A DNA stretch of 62,921 nucleotides, counting the filler, from Reticulomyxa filosa (taxonomy: Eukaryota; Protista; Foraminifera): NCBI GenBank assembly GCA_000512085.1. It is 21 parts of 21 records of this genome, joined end to end, with 100 filler letters (N's around TTAATTAATTAA, not from the genome) between each part and the next. Parts side by side here need not be neighbours in the genome. Positions count along the whole stretch, not along the records: positions 47,985 to 50,152 come from ASPP01002528.1; positions 50,253 to 55,261 come from ASPP01023634.1; positions 55,362 to 57,153 come from ASPP01001880.1; positions 57,254 to 58,598 come from ASPP01018265.1; positions 58,699 to 59,795 come from ASPP01031426.1; positions 59,896 to 61,271 come from ASPP01024346.1; positions 61,372 to 62,921 come from ASPP01016155.1; 14 more parts are not named here. One strand, given 5' to 3'. This document shows, one piece after another, positions 47,885 to 61,853 of this stretch (position 1 is the stretch's first letter; every line of letters begins with the position of its first letter). Position numbers and translations under genes: made by a program. The notes beneath the pieces were generated by a model that worked only from the letters and a program-made list of their open reading frames with translations, was not told the origin of the DNA and searched no databases.

Positions 47885-50280
47885 NNNNNNNNNNNNNNNN
47901 NNNNNNNNNNNNNNNNNNNNNNNNNNNNTTAATTAATTAANNNNNNNNNNNNNNNNNNNNNNNNNNNNNNNNNNNNNNNNNNNNTAGCCAATAATTGACA
48001 AATTTGAATATTCAAAATGTTAAAATATTAAAAGGTTGATATTACTTTATTAAAAAATAGTTATTAAAAATAGATATCTAATGATATTTTTATTTACCAA
48101 GGTTTGGATTAAGTTTTCGTAGTCTGGAAGCATTTAGATATCTGCAGCTTTCATTCGGATGGAGATATCAATTTATTGCTTGCTCATATTCATCCTTTTC
48201 AAATACATTGGACTTTTCTTTGCCTGTGTCTCCAATGCTGCTATTGTTTCGTTTAGAAAGTGCCATCCTGTTCGAGAAAAGTGTTCTGGTTTCATTGCTT
48301 GTGGAGTGTCTCGTTTGTTGTTAGAACAAAGACACAAACATTGTGCTCTTTTACTGGATTTGTTGAATCCAAATTGTTCCTGTCTGCTGTGAGGAGAAAC
48401 TTAGACAAAACTGTAGACTTGAGGTCGGACAGTGAACAATCGTTGCCAAATTGACAAGCAAATAAAAAGTGTATTGTCCCAAGGCTAAAGACAAACAGTA
48501 TGAGACCACACAAGAACAATCAGCATTTTTGTACTGTGAAGACTTTTTCTTCTTTTTGGATCATTTAAACTAAAAAAGAGCACTCTTACAGCTTCCTTTT
48601 CAACTCAATTTAACAAAAAATACAAGTCAGCCACAATTTGTTTGCGATTCTAATTTGTTATAATCTACTTCCAGACTTGTTGGCACTTCATGTTTTATTT
48701 CATTGCTAATTATTGTTTGAAAATTTCTCAAAGATGTTTACAAACTGGAGCTTTGAATTATAATTTAAATAACAAAAATAATTTTTTTATTTGAAATATT
48801 TTTCAAGTTAAACAAAAAGTATATACAAGAAGTGTAAATAAAGTTCTTCTTGTTAGTGTATATGTTTTATTGTCCAAAATAGGATGGTACTTTCATACCT
48901 CCACAATATTATTTATTTACACTCAGGGATCCTCCTAAACCATTATGTATTAGCAGGATCTTTTAAAATAAATATGAAAAATTATTTTTTTTATTTTTTT
49001 ATGATTGTGGGGCTACATTATGTTATTTCACATCATGATTGATTGACCGCTGCATGTTTGTTACAGTATATGACTTAAAATTTTATCAAGGTTTTGATTA
49101 TGAACTGATAAAAGTGAAATAATTTTGCTGCATTCAATGAAATATGAATTAATAACAGTGAAATTTTAAAAAATCAATACAGAAAGAACCATCTTTCACT
49201 GAACCCAAAAGAAAATAGAAATTCCCAAAAATAAACAAAAATTGATAAACCACAAAATAACACGTCGGCTTTTTTCCCCATCAATCACTTCAACTTCCTC
49301 TTTCCCTTCACACATCCAAGAGCGAATTAATTTAGTAATCAGCACTATCTTTAACACTTGCAAATAGAGCTGTCGCTGGCGAAACAAGGATAGTATCATA
49401 TAAGTAAGACGTTTCCCAAAGCAATTAAAGACACACTTACAAAAATTATGTTTACTTCACAAGTAGTCATTTTGAAGTAAACAATTGCTCCTTTTTTGCA
49501 AATTCTCTTGCCCTTGCCTTGTCACTTGCTAACGCTACTTCATCAGCATCACCTGAATCACACAGAATTGCTTCAACCTAAATTCAAAAATTCAAATCAA
49601 AAATATTCAAGTTTTTTTCTTAATAATAAAAAAAAGATAACAAAAAGTGCTTACCACATCATCGCCTATTATCCCTTGTGACGTAACATATTACCACCAG
49701 TCACAAGTTCTAATTCTAATTCGAGTGACATCGATCTCGTTGTGCTTTTAGTTGCTTTGCGTTGCCTTTTTCATTCAGTAGCACATCTTTCTGGATCTTC
49801 CTTACATTTCATAGCCTTCTGATAGACCATACGTATTTGCTATTAATTTCAATACCAAAAACATTTTCTTCCATTTTTATTCGTCAAAAAAAAATACTTA
49901 TAAATAAAGATACGTATAAATGACATACCAATACGTCCTTCAGAGGAAGGACCCAAAAATCATAAATGCCCAATTTCACGCCCGGTAAAATACGTATATA
50001 AGAAGAAAGTTGGGAATAATCCAAAAGTAGTAATGCCTGTGATTTGGATGTTCGATAAAGCAAGGCCAGTAAATCCTTTTTTTTTTTAAAGAAAAAAACT
50101 TTTTTGTATCTTCAAATAAAAAAAAGGGGGGTGCGAGGCATCAACGTAGCAANNNNNNNNNNNNNNNNNNNNNNNNNNNNNNNNNNNNNNNNNNNNTTAA
50201 TTAATTAANNNNNNNNNNNNNNNNNNNNNNNNNNNNNNNNNNNNNNNNNNNNCAACAACAAATAATAACCAAACACGTAG

Positions 50281-51643
50281 ACAAAGACATCGAATTTGTG
50301 TTACCGCCATTTCCTGAAAAGCATCTAAAACTGTTTACAGACCACTTTGATAGTCAGATCTAAACCATTCAAACAGTCTATATAATTGTCCATTACTTCT
50401 ATTGTTATCATCCTTCCCATTTTTGGGTTTTTCAAAAAAAACAGAGGGTGTTAAAGGACAGCAAACGTAGTTTAATTTTGTTAAAAAAGGAGACCCTCAA
50501 GAAAAAAAAAGATGTGACACTAAATCACCCCCTTTTAGGATTCAAATTAAACTCAATTAAAAAAATATATTGATGATTGGTTTTGAAAATTACAGAAGAT
50601 TTTACGGAGCATCGACGAGTGTTGCTAGAAAACTATTTGGTCAAACTTTGGTGCAATAAAAAAATACGAAATTCACAAAAATTTAACGAATTTTTAACCA
50701 AGGGTTTGTCAAATGTTTGACCGTAATCCTATTTATATTACACATACACATATACACATGCCTTTACACAATTGTGTGCATATGTGTATGTGACTATGCT
50801 TATATGCTAACCCAATCAAACACAAACGTAAAAGACAACGACGTCGACAATAAAAATGAAAACGCATATACATTGCAAGAAGAGGAAAGACTACATGGAG
50901 ATGTATTGGAAAATTTGGACCTAATGTATAAAACAACTCCAATGGAAGATATAGATGAAGTATTTTTCTCTTTTTTTTTTTTATATTTTATTTTCTTCGC
51001 TTGTTTTAATTTCAATTTTTAAATGACTTTGGTTTTGTTTGTTATTTGTGTATATGCGGATTTATCTACATTATCAATGAACCACAAAAAAAAGATGGAT
51101 GATATCACAGGCGTGTCAATTCCGCAGACACAAGTGCTCGATGGTGATTATGCCGTATACCATGTTCGTTTGGTGAATGACAACAATCGAGACTTTCCCG
51201 AATGGACTGGTGTGTATATGATCGAGTTTTTTTTTTTATATTATTTATTGCTCATACCAAATTGCATCTTCGGAGTAAGTTTTTGTAATGATGAACAGTG
51301 ATAAAAAGATATCAAAATTTCATTGATTTTGATCAAGAATTGCGCACGACGGTTCAACACTCTCATGCGGAGGTTTGCTTTTGTTTACTTAATTTTTGAG
51401 TTGTTGAGCCTCTTTCAACAGAATCAGCCAATTCGTGCGTGTATGACAATGAACACACAGGCACTTGAGTTCATCCCTGCGTTACCGCCAAAGCATTGGA
51501 AAGTATTTACTGACCACCTCGCCTCAACTTTTGTTGAAAAGAGAAGACTTTTATTGCAAAACTATTTGCAACGCTTATTAAAATATCAGTTATTCCGCAG
51601 GATAAATGTAACGCTTGATTTTTTTGGCGTGAATGATGATTAG
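50281..51643 (+). CDS. Tandem PX-domain protein (3' part, multi-exon)
   Basis: End of PX1: LPPFPEKHLKLFTDHFD/EDFTEHRRVLLENYL...FNEFL. PX2: ITGVSIPQT.....YAVYHVRL...WT / IPALPPKHWKVFTDH...FVEKRRLLLQNYLQRLL...LDFF. Confidence 0.82.
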
Positions 51644-52039
51644 TTGCTACAGTGTTGTGCCAAATAATTACGAATGCTTTAGAGGAGCTTTTCAGAATTT
51701 TAGAACAATTATATTATGAAATATTATGAAATTATTTGGGTAACTAAAAATGTTTTGTTTCATTGATTTTTTTAATTTGCCTTCAAATAATGATCTTATG
51801 AAACAAATAGTTCAATTTTTATTCATAACCTCAACCAAAGATAACCACACAAAATGCTGCAATGACAAAAGTTTGAGGAAGGTTTTGAATGAAAAGTAGG
51901 AAGAAATAAGCAAGCACAGTTTCATGTGCCAATAAGTAATAAAAAAAAAAAAAAGAGAGCGATAATAATGATATAAGTTTCAAAATAAGCACAGAAATAA
52001 CAAAGGAAAAAACCAACCCAATTTCCAATAAGGTTCAGC

Positions 52040-55000
52040 TTAATTTTTTTTATTTTTATTGGCATAGCTGTCATCCGGATTTACATACATATCGCTGGAA
52101 ATGTTGATTGAATACTCCTCGTCATGTCCTTGTGCCTCAAACCCATAATTCCATCGACCACGACTACTAATTTCTCTTTCTCTGTCATCATAATTTTCGT
52201 TATCACCAGGACCCCGTCTTTCTTTGGCCGTGGAGACTTTTAGTCTGCCATTTCGATGTTTGTGTCGTTTATCAATACTTCGATCCTTCTTTTTCATCTC
52301 TTTGTCTCTTTGTCTGTCCTCTTCTTCTCTTTTTTTATCTTTGTCTCTCATTCTATAGCCAGAGCTTTCTTTCCGACGAAAAGAATCTTCCATATTTGAT
52401 TCTGACTTTCCGTGATGTCTTCTGTGATGTCTCCGGTTTGACCTTGTTTCGCACATACACACACACACATAACAGCAAAGAATTTAAAAGAAAAAGGAAA
52501 CACACATAAAAAAAAAAAAAAATAAATAAATAAATATTTGACAAGTGTGTAAAGAAGAATGTGTATACCTCGAACGGGATCTCGATTTGGAGTGAGTGTT
52601 TGACTTGCTCCGACTTTTTGCCCTTGGTCTATCTTCTGACTCCGAACTGTGGGAACGAGAGTGGCCAGAGGATGACGTGGAGCGAGATTTGGATTTAGTG
52701 CTATGATTGTCATCAAGTTTAGTTCCGTCATGAGTTTTTTTGTGTTTTGTTTTCCGCTTATTATCTCCTTCATTATCATTATCATTATCATTATCATTAT
52801 CGTCATCATTGCCATTACCACCACCATCTCCCTCTTCGTTTTCCTCATCTTCAACTGTTTCTGCTTCTTCCTTTTCTTCTTCTTGTTCTTGTCCTTGTCC
52901 TTGTCTTTGTCCTTGTTCTTGCTCTTGTTCTTGTTCTTGTTCTTGTTCTTGCTCTTGTTCTTGTTCTACTTTTGATAAAGGTTCTTGAACCGATTCTTGT
53001 TTTTTATCTCTTTGCGTTTCTGCTTCTGTATCTTTTTTTTTTTCATTATCCAAAGCATTGCTATTGTTCAAATGTTCCAATTTGTCTTTGTTCGTTTTGT
53101 CATCCGTTTCACTAACCTCTCCGTCCTCAGGCACTTCTCCATCTTCGGGAACACTGCCATTGGCGTCTTCCGCTTTGGACGTTTTCGGTCGTTTGGACTT
53201 GACATTCGATTCACAAGGCGTATCGTTGTCTTGTTTGACAACGTCTGATCGCAGCATCGCACTGTGTGGCCTTTTCTTCGGCATGTGGTCGTCTTTTGGA
53301 GCCCACACGTATTTCCACAGTTCGTGTTTCTGTTCGTCGGTCAAAGACGTGAGCAATGTGACATATGGCGACGACTTATCGTTGTGGTCGACAGTGGAGT
53401 TTCCCACTTTTTGTAAAATGTCTGTCCACGGCATGTCCGGAGTTAAATGGAAATCTCGGACCAATTGTTCGAACTGCGCAATCGTCTGTGCCGACACATT
53501 GGCAGTAGCAGGAGACACAACCTTTTGTTTTTCTTGCTGTGCTTCGACAAGGACTTTTGCTTGCGTTCCAAGTACTCGTAGAGAATCATGTGAATCACTT
53601 GGTCGGACATGCTTGCAAAGGTTTCATCGTTCGACTCTTTCAACTTATCTTTGAATTGCTTCATTATTGAACCCACTGTGTCTTGCAATGTCACTGTCAG
53701 TTCTTTATTCTTTTTTTTTTTTTTTTTTCCCCATCCACATTCCATTCAATTTGGATTTTCAAATAAAAGTGTACATCCACATATATGTACATATACACAT
53801 ATACTCTTTTTCTTCTCTCTCTCTCTCTCTCTCAAATATTTGCCTCGCTATGCAATTGGTTTTCAATAACTTTGAGCCATTTTTTAAATTTGTTTCGATC
53901 GTCTTTGATATTATCTTTGATTTGTTCCAAATGCCTTGTAAACACTTGCTTAAGTTTGTTCGACTGTTGTTCTTGCATTGTTTTGTACCTTGCGTCATTT
54001 TCTAACAATCCCACTATTTTGACCCATTCTGAGTTGCAGTGCAATTGTTGCTTTTCTGACAACTCGTTTAGCAATTCCTTTTATTTATTTTATTTTTCAA
54101 AACAAAAAAAAGATAAATTACAAGCATTCATTGATAAAACTACACTGAGACAAGAGACAAACAAACAAACAAACAAAAAAAGCGAAACTCTGAATTGTGC
54201 CCGTTGTTCTCTTTCCGCTTGTTTTTTTTGTTCTTTGATTGCTTTTAATTTCTGCTCTTCTTTTTCTGCAATCTCGTCTTGAATGTCCTCAAAGATCTTT
54301 TATTTTTCAATTATATGTAATTTGGTTGATTGGTTTGAAAATGGAAAGGGGGGGGGGGGGGGGGGGGTTCACACAAACAGACAAAAACATAACTTTCCGA
54401 CATTGTCGACCAGGCAAAAGCGTGACCCACGACTCACGCATAAATGGCAGCTCTTTTTCCAAGTTTTCCCAAATGCTGTTTGTTTTCACCATTTCCGACT
54501 CGCGTAGCAATCGCTCAAATTTTTGTATTGCCTCATTTCCTTTTTTTTTTATTTTTTATTGCACACTTATATCAATGAAAAAAAAAAAAAAAAAAGCAAT
54601 GAACAAAACAAAACTTTTCTTGTTGTTTCTGTTTGCGATATTGTTCGCTTGCATTATCTCTCCATCGATCGTACCATTCCTCTCGGAGCGCGTCCCTTTC
54701 TACGGCTTTATATGCTTCTTCTTCTTGCAATATGTGCTTCACATGTCTTTTTTTTTTTTTTTTTTGCACAAATTATATTATTTTATTCATTGATTAGTTG
54801 ATTACTATGTTTGTAAAACAAAGATGAAATAGATAACCGATAAGATTTTTTGACAAGCTGATGGAATTTGCTTTGGAGCATTTGCACGAATTGCTGCTGA
54901 ATAAGCTGCTCTTTTTGTCTCATTTCGCCATCCAAACGTGTGCGCTCATCGGTTTGCCATTGCTTCAACTCTTTTTTTTTGTCGTTTACTTTCGGAATGG

Positions 55001-55205
55001 CCTCGTAGCGATAATCTTGCACAATGATGGGCAACACTTTGTTCCAGTTCCAATCGGGATGGATTTGTTTGTCTTCCAACAGTTGTCGGAATGCTTTCAC
55101 GCGTTCATGCCAATCTTTATATTGAATTGCCTGTTTTTTATGAAACGAAGATTTTCCCACTGTGTCGCTTACTTGTTTTAAGTCTCTTGTTATTTGGGTG
55201 CCCAA
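52040..55205 (-). CDS. PRPF40: PRP40-like FF-repeat splicing factor (5' WW region missing)
   Basis: Several FF domains (ERVKAFRQLLEDKQIHPDWNWNKVLPIIVQDYRY; FVQML...Y.AVERDALREEWY; F.KLLRE...NSIW; SEWVKIVGLLENDARY), then EDGEV motifs and an RS/KH-rich tail. Confidence 0.85.
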
Positions 55206-55225
55206 ATAATAGTCTTCTTTATTAC

Positions 55226-55261
<36 letters not shown>

Positions 55262-56714
55262 NNNNNNNNNNNNNNNNNNNNNNNNNNNNNNNNNNNNNNN
55301 NNNNNTTAATTAATTAANNNNNNNNNNNNNNNNNNNNNNNNNNNNNNNNNNNNNNNNNNNNTGAAGCCTTTGATCAAAGCTCACCAAAGCAGACCTTCTG
55401 TTCACGATAAATGGAATGATTCAAAAAGTAAAATCAAGGACAACAAAAATCAAAAGTCACCTATTGGAAATGGCATTTCTGATTGATTGAAAGACAAGTC
55501 CTTTTTTTAAGCATCTTTGTAATTAATAATAAGTAATTTATTTTATGTTTCTGAAAGGGGTTCCAGATTTTTTTTTTGGTATTTGCTTTCGTTTTGTTTT
55601 CTATTCGAATACCTCGATCATAAATATTGGTAATCATTATTGTCTTGCCTTTCACTTTCATACAAACCAGACAGCTATTCGTCCTCCTGTCCAAGTGAAA
55701 AAAAGAACAATATGCCCAAATCAAAAAGCAAAATTTCACAGACACATTATTCCAACTTAAAAATTTGATTAAAATTACAATCAGATTAACTCTTTTCGCA
55801 TTTTTAAATTTAGCAAATCAGTTTTTCTTTAACTTTTATAACTCTATAAACCAAATTTTTTTCTAAACAAGCAACAAAATTAAAAATCAACACTAAAAAA
55901 AGTTCTAAGTGCGCAAAGTGAAAATAACTTATTCAAATAATTAAAATTTGCATATTATTTGTTTTTTGGCTTTTTTTGTGCTATTTTGTTATTTGTTTTT
56001 CGTTGATTTTATGTTTTTTGAATTTTGCTGTTCTTGGATATTTGTTGTTATAAGAAAGTCAGTTTGTTTTAGCGAAATTTTTTATTTTCGTTTGTTTGTT
56101 TTATTTTTTAATTTCGTGTTTATTTGGAAAAGTTTATTATTTATGTGGACATTAACGTGAATGCGTTTTTTGATTGGAGTTATTTCTTATTTGATAAATA
56201 CGGAAAATTTTGCTTTTTCAGAAGAATATATAAGGGATGATCGCTTATTTTGTACTTGATGAAAGCTGACTATATAAAGTGGTGTCTTGGCGTTGAACAT
56301 ATATCCATTAATCGAAAAGATGTTTTTGAATAGTTTTGCTTGATTTGATCAAAAGTAATATCTTGTACAAATCATTGTTAATATATGTTTTTGTTATTTT
56401 TGTTGTCCATCAACTGAATTATCTGATTCGTTTCGGAACATTTTTAATTCGGTTGCACAATAATCAAGTAATTCTTCTATATCTTTTTCCATTCATTCTG
56501 TTTACAATGATGCAGTATATTGCAAAAAAAACTAACATACCTAAATGGCACTATATGAAGAGAATCGATTTTCTCAATGAAAAATAAAGATTTAAACTTA
56601 ATTAAAAAAAAATATCTAATAATCTTGTAGTTTTTAAATATTAATTTTATTTTTTTTTGCTAATTTTCTTTATTGTTGATATTTTATTGATATTTCAAAA
56701 TTTTGATATTTAAA

Positions 56715-56900
56715 ATACTAAAACATTTGATTGCTTTCAAAAAAAAGAGTGTCTGTTGGTATGCTGGTTGGTGAAGCTAGCATTCGATCTGTAGCAAAGA
56801 AATTTAACATAATTATGGCTTTGATTTTGGCTGTTGTCATATTAAATGTAATGGAACCGTAAAAATAAAAGCTGGATCTGGCAGGTCAGAGATTCATCAT
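56715..56900 (+). mobile_element. Possible decayed Tc1/mariner transposase N-terminal HTH
   Basis: Across frameshifts: KHLIAFKK..SVGMLVGEASIRSVAKKFNI ... IKCNGTVKIKAGSGRS, resembling the paired-like HTH followed by the G.V......SGRP linker. No DDE domain or terminal inverted repeats seen. Confidence 0.45.
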
Positions 56901-57285
56901 GTCACAAAACTAAAAAAATAATGGATTGATTTAAGAAAATAATATAACTGATAAATTTTCTACTAATTCAACAGACCTAAATACAATTTATAGCTTTGAT
57001 GGATAATTAAAGTAAAATTATATAAAGGCGAAAAAATTAACAACAAACAATAACTTTGGTAAAAATTTGAAAAAATTAACAATAAACTATGTTAAGCTCT
57101 AGTTGACCAAATGCAACAATGAAAATCAACAAAATACTAAAAACATTACAAAANNNNNNNNNNNNNNNNNNNNNNNNNNNNNNNNNNNNNNNNNNNNTTA
57201 ATTAATTAANNNNNNNNNNNNNNNNNNNNNNNNNNNNNNNNNNNNNNNNNNNNATTAATTTTTTTTTTTTTTAAAAAAAAAAGCA

Positions 57286-57600
57286 ACTTTGTAAGATTTC
57301 AACAGCTGCTTCAGCTGCTGATTTTCATTTTGCAAATTTTTTATTTCCAAATCGTCATTTGCTATGCATTGATGCAGTTTCTCATTCTCTTTTTGCAATT
57401 GCAACTGATCTTTTTTTGTTTTATTTGTTTCAATCCCCATCTTAAAAAAAAAAAAAAAAAAAAAAAATGAGATTTCTACATTATCATGTGTATAACAAAA
57501 ATTTTTGTTTTGTTTATTTTGTTTTGGGTTGTCTTTTATTAAGTGGTTCTCTAGTTGTCGAACCTTGTTCATATTTTTGGAACAGTGATGTCATTTGGAC
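57286..57600 (-). CDS. Coiled-coil protein fragment
   Basis: DQLQLQKENEKLHQCIANDDLEIKNLQNENQQLKQLLKSYK between plausible splice sites. Confidence 0.35.
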
Positions 57601-58704
57601 AGAGTCTATGTTATGTTCAACAGTGACCACCTACAAGAAACTTCAAAAAAAAGCCAACCCCCAGTCCCAGGTTGAAACCGTTCACAGAAAAACAAGCAAC
57701 AAAACACTCACCAGATTGAAGGAGATCTGGCAAATAACGATTTCCGGTGTGCATGGGATAAATTAGGATGTCAAGGGCGCGTTCAAAGATTTGAGGAGCC
57801 CGAAATATAGAAAATATAACTCACAAAAATGAAAAGACTTTTTTATTTTGACCGACAAACACGTCAAGTTCTTGTTTTTCAGACTGGGAAAAAAAAAAGG
57901 AAGAACAGCAGAAACAGTTTAAATTTGTTGTTCTTTTAGTTAAAATTAAGTGCTTTTAATTAAGTAAAACATTCTATCTTGTAAGTTTTTGTTTCTATAC
58001 TACCAAATGATAATTGTTAAATTTCATATGTTATCCCAGAAAAATGCCGTGTTGGTTTCAAAAGGATACGAAAAATATACAACAACAACTTCTTCAAGCT
58101 TTCCACTACCAAATTTTTGCACGTTTGAGTTAAGAAAAGCACTTACATTTTTTACATGTTACGCAAATAACTCCGCATTACAAGTCGTCTATGATTGTGA
58201 TAAGACATAACACACTGCGACTTTTTTTGGACAAACTGTTTGTATGATGGAAAGTATTTGTTATTGTATTTGAAATTAACAATGATGAAAGGAATTGGAA
58301 AGCGAGAAGCACAACGAAAAAATAATTATGAAAGATGAAATGTTTGGAGCAGCAAAATGTCGTTAATAAAGCGTTTGCATTTTTTTTTTTATTTTATTTT
58401 TTTTTTTGGTTGAAAAAAAAACAGAAAAACAAAAATCGCTAAAACAAGTTATCGAGACAGCTCACAAGAGGTTGCAGCTGCAACAACTTCTTTTTTGTTC
58501 GGGAAAAGCAAGCAAAGGTATCTTTGATTGATCTTGATCATTGAACATAACGGTCGAGACATTTCCTTGTCTTTTTTTTTTTTTTAAAGCAAAAAAAANN
58601 NNNNNNNNNNNNNNNNNNNNNNNNNNNNNNNNNNNNNNNNNNTTAATTAATTAANNNNNNNNNNNNNNNNNNNNNNNNNNNNNNNNNNNNNNNNNNNNAA
58701 AAAG

Positions 58705-59746
58705 ATTAGAAAGCAAAGGCGGAGGGAAACTTGGAGACCTTTGCAACGACTTGGAAAGCGAAGACCGGTTCCTCGTCTGCGTGCACGAGGTCCCGTTGGA
58801 CCACGGGTTTCGCACGGCGCAGCAGGTGGAGATCCACATCGTTGCGATGGACTTGTGCAGCGGCCACATGCTGAAGTACACGTTTGACGACTCCTTCCTG
58901 CGCTACGAGCTGTGGAACGCCTTGTCCCATCTCAACGTCGTCGAGTTTCTCATTCCTCGCACCATTTCCGAAATCACCTTGCAGCTCATCGAAAGGTCCT
59001 TCAACACCACCCTCGGCGAGTGCAATTCCATACGCGTCAACTGGCTGCATTTGAACGAGTTCAATTATTCGGATGCCATTCAGACCTTATCTTCCTTCTA
59101 TGCTGAGACTAACCCGTCCGTTCAGTTTCCCCCCCCTCCCCCCCTTCTATATACATGTACATACATATGTGCATGTACGAAGTAGTATACGTACGTGCAT
59201 GCTTCTATTGAAAGAAAGAGGTTATGTTTTTATATATGTATATGTATACGTACCCCCCCCTCTTTTGGCATGTTCGGTACATAGTATACATATACTATGT
59301 ACGTACACATATTTATATGTGTTGTAAATAGAGATTGGTTGGGACAAATTTTGCATTGGCCAGAATCAATGATAGTAACAATGGGTGCATTGGCAAAACA
59401 TTTGCACCAATTCAACCTGACAGCGTCGATTCCGTCGTTGGTAATGAGCGAGCTGTCGGAGAAGATGTTTATGAAGCTGGACGGAACGACCATCCAAAAC
59501 TTGGACATTTTCACATCGGGTCATCTGTTCAGCAGACACACATTGTATGAAATGGTCACACGACACAACAGCACCGACTTTGGCAAGCGACTGATGAAAT
59601 GGTGGCTGTGCAAGCCGTTGCTGCAGTCGCAGGCCATCCGTCAGCGACAGAGCATTGTCACACTCTTCCGTCAAATGCATTTGGACAAAGACCACCCGGC
59701 ATATTTGTGGTTGCAAGATTTCCGTATTCAATTGCATCGCACTACT
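58705..59746 (+). CDS. MSH3: DNA mismatch repair protein MSH3, internal fragment (domains II-III)
   Basis: FLVCVHE, FDDSFLRYEL, VEFLIP.TISEIT, IRV......FNYSDAIQTLSSFY, GALAKHLHQFNL, MKLDGTTIQNLDIF and TDFGKRLMKWWLCKPL, colinear with MSH3 (FEYSHAFQAVTEFY, YLKEFNL). Confidence 0.85.
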
Positions 59747-59999
59747 GTTAGCTTTTTTTTTTTTTTTTTTTTTTTTATTTTTTTTTTTTTTTTTTNNNNN
59801 NNNNNNNNNNNNNNNNNNNNNNNNNNNNNNNNNNNNNNNTTAATTAATTAANNNNNNNNNNNNNNNNNNNNNNNNNNNNNNNNNNNNNNNNNNNNGACCC
59901 ACAAACTAAACTTTAATCCTGAAAGTTCAACTCTCATCAATAAACATCTTTGATAAATGCGAATAGTAGAAGTGGTTTTGATAGAGTTGCCTCACAAAG

Positions 60000-60815
60000 T
60001 TGCTTGGAGGAGTGGACTGTGAAGATATGATAAGATACCTGATGGAAGCGAGAAACAATAAACCAGGGAAAGAGATGAACCTGCGAGAGAATGATATTAA
60101 AAGGTTTTATGTGAAGACGAAAGAGATTTTGTTGGACATTAAAAATTTTTGGAGACATACATGGTTAGTTTTTCGATATTTTGCGTGTATTCGAGTTAGA
60201 TTAAAAAAAAAAAAGTAATGTATGAACTTTGTTCTCCTAAAAAACTCTTTTTATGATAACTTCAATGTATATGTACAAAAAAGAGAATTATATGGATCGC
60301 GGCAAACAGTCACTATGCTTGCTGCTTTATTTCAAATTGAAATACCCAAAAAGTGTTTTATGAGCAATCACGAGTATGCGGATATCAATCGTATTTACGG
60401 AGTTTTACGACGAGTGCAAGCGATGATTTTCGGTGCATTTATGGAAATAAAGATGTTTACCAACTGCTTCAACTGCTTGCCAGTGGTCTGTTCCTCATGA
60501 ACTCAAGTCCATGGACTACCTGACGCAAGATCAAGCGTCCCATCGAAGTGCTCAACAGCGGGCTCTTGTGCGATCTATCTTATGGAGTGATCCTGATAGA
60601 AGAGATATCATCGGATGTAGAAAAAAACCAAGTTTTTACGGTAAATTATAATTATATACACATATACACATCATATTTGAACTTTTCAACTTTTTACTTC
60701 TCCTACCATCCTTTGTGGCAGTAAACAAGACTCGAATCTCGTTTGACAATGCTGGCGCTATGATGAACATTGATGGCACACTTATGTACAGTTTTACATT
60801 TTGAAACGTTTGAAA
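60000..60815 (+). pseudogene. Protein phosphatase 1 (PP1) catalytic subunit pseudogene
   Basis: MIRYLMEARNNKPGKEMNLRENDI, NHEYADINRIYG, FTNCFNCLPV, RIKRPIEVLNSGLLCDL, WSDPD and DNAGAMMNIDGTLM. Many frameshifts, and the GDYVDRG segment is missing. Confidence 0.85.
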
Positions 60816-61371
60816 AAAAACGCTACGCTCGGTTTTATGTTTAAAGCCATCTCATCTTTTTTTTTTCAATATCATTTTGATCATTTATTGATATTTGTGT
60901 TGGTTAATTCCAAAAAAAAAATGTTGGATTTTTTTTTTAATGACAGTTTACAAGTTTTTGATGAAATGATCTTTGACTTTGAAGATTTGATGGAAAAAAA
61001 TAATTATTTATATATTTGGTCTACTGCTGTTTATTCAAAGATCAAAAATAATAAATCGGCAAATAAAATATGTTTTTTTAAACAAAAAATATTTTTGTAA
61101 GAAAAATGAAAAAAACACATTGACAAAACGTCCAGCAAATTGTTTTTTTTTATCAATGACAAAAAAATAAAAAATGATTTTTGAAAGAAAAAAAAGATCA
61201 GAAACTGGTCCAGCCAATTTTATCTAATAGAAGTTTTGCTTGTGTTTGTGTATATGAGATGATGATTATGTNNNNNNNNNNNNNNNNNNNNNNNNNNNNN
61301 NNNNNNNNNNNNNNNTTAATTAATTAANNNNNNNNNNNNNNNNNNNNNNNNNNNNNNNNNNNNNNNNNNNN

Positions 61372-61786
61372 TTGTTGTTCTTGTTGGTCGTGTACTGGGG
61401 TGGTGGCAACTGACTGTTGTTTGTAGGAAGCAATAAAATCAGTGTCATGTACGTCGAACGTGAAAGACTTGGAGCGAGGGAAGGCGCCTTGGGGTGTGTG
61501 GTTAAGTTTTTCATCTTCGTCGTTGCTGTCTCGAGTGGACGTGGTGAAGGTGCGTTCTCGCGTGGTTGCCGGAACTTGTCCGTAGTAATTGAGGGACAAG
61601 CCGTAGTCCATGCCTCCAATGTCCACGCTGTCGTTACGTCCGCGGTCTTTGTTGTTTTCACTGGCATTGCCATTGGCTGCCAGGCTCGAATTCATCCGTG
61701 GCACATCTGTCAATTTCTGCAACACGATTGGGCTGGGTGAAAACGATGAATTGGTCTCGGTACTATGACTACCTCCGACGCTATTT

Positions 61787-61853
<67 letters not shown>

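Noticed and set aside
49600-50080. Possible spliced membrane-protein exons on the minus strand
   Set aside because: In-frame stops in the frames examined and no recognisable motif.
58699-59120. GC-rich MSH3 exon as contamination or horizontal transfer
   Set aside because: It is a eukaryotic MSH3 followed by host-style AT/TA-rich introns, and other conserved exons here are also GC-richer.
8917-61371. Regularly recurring TTAATTAATTAA motif, superficially a repeat array or CRISPR-like
   Set aside because: Always centred in identical 44-N flanks. It is a synthetic six-frame-stop linker, so cross-spacer gene neighbourhoods were also disregarded.
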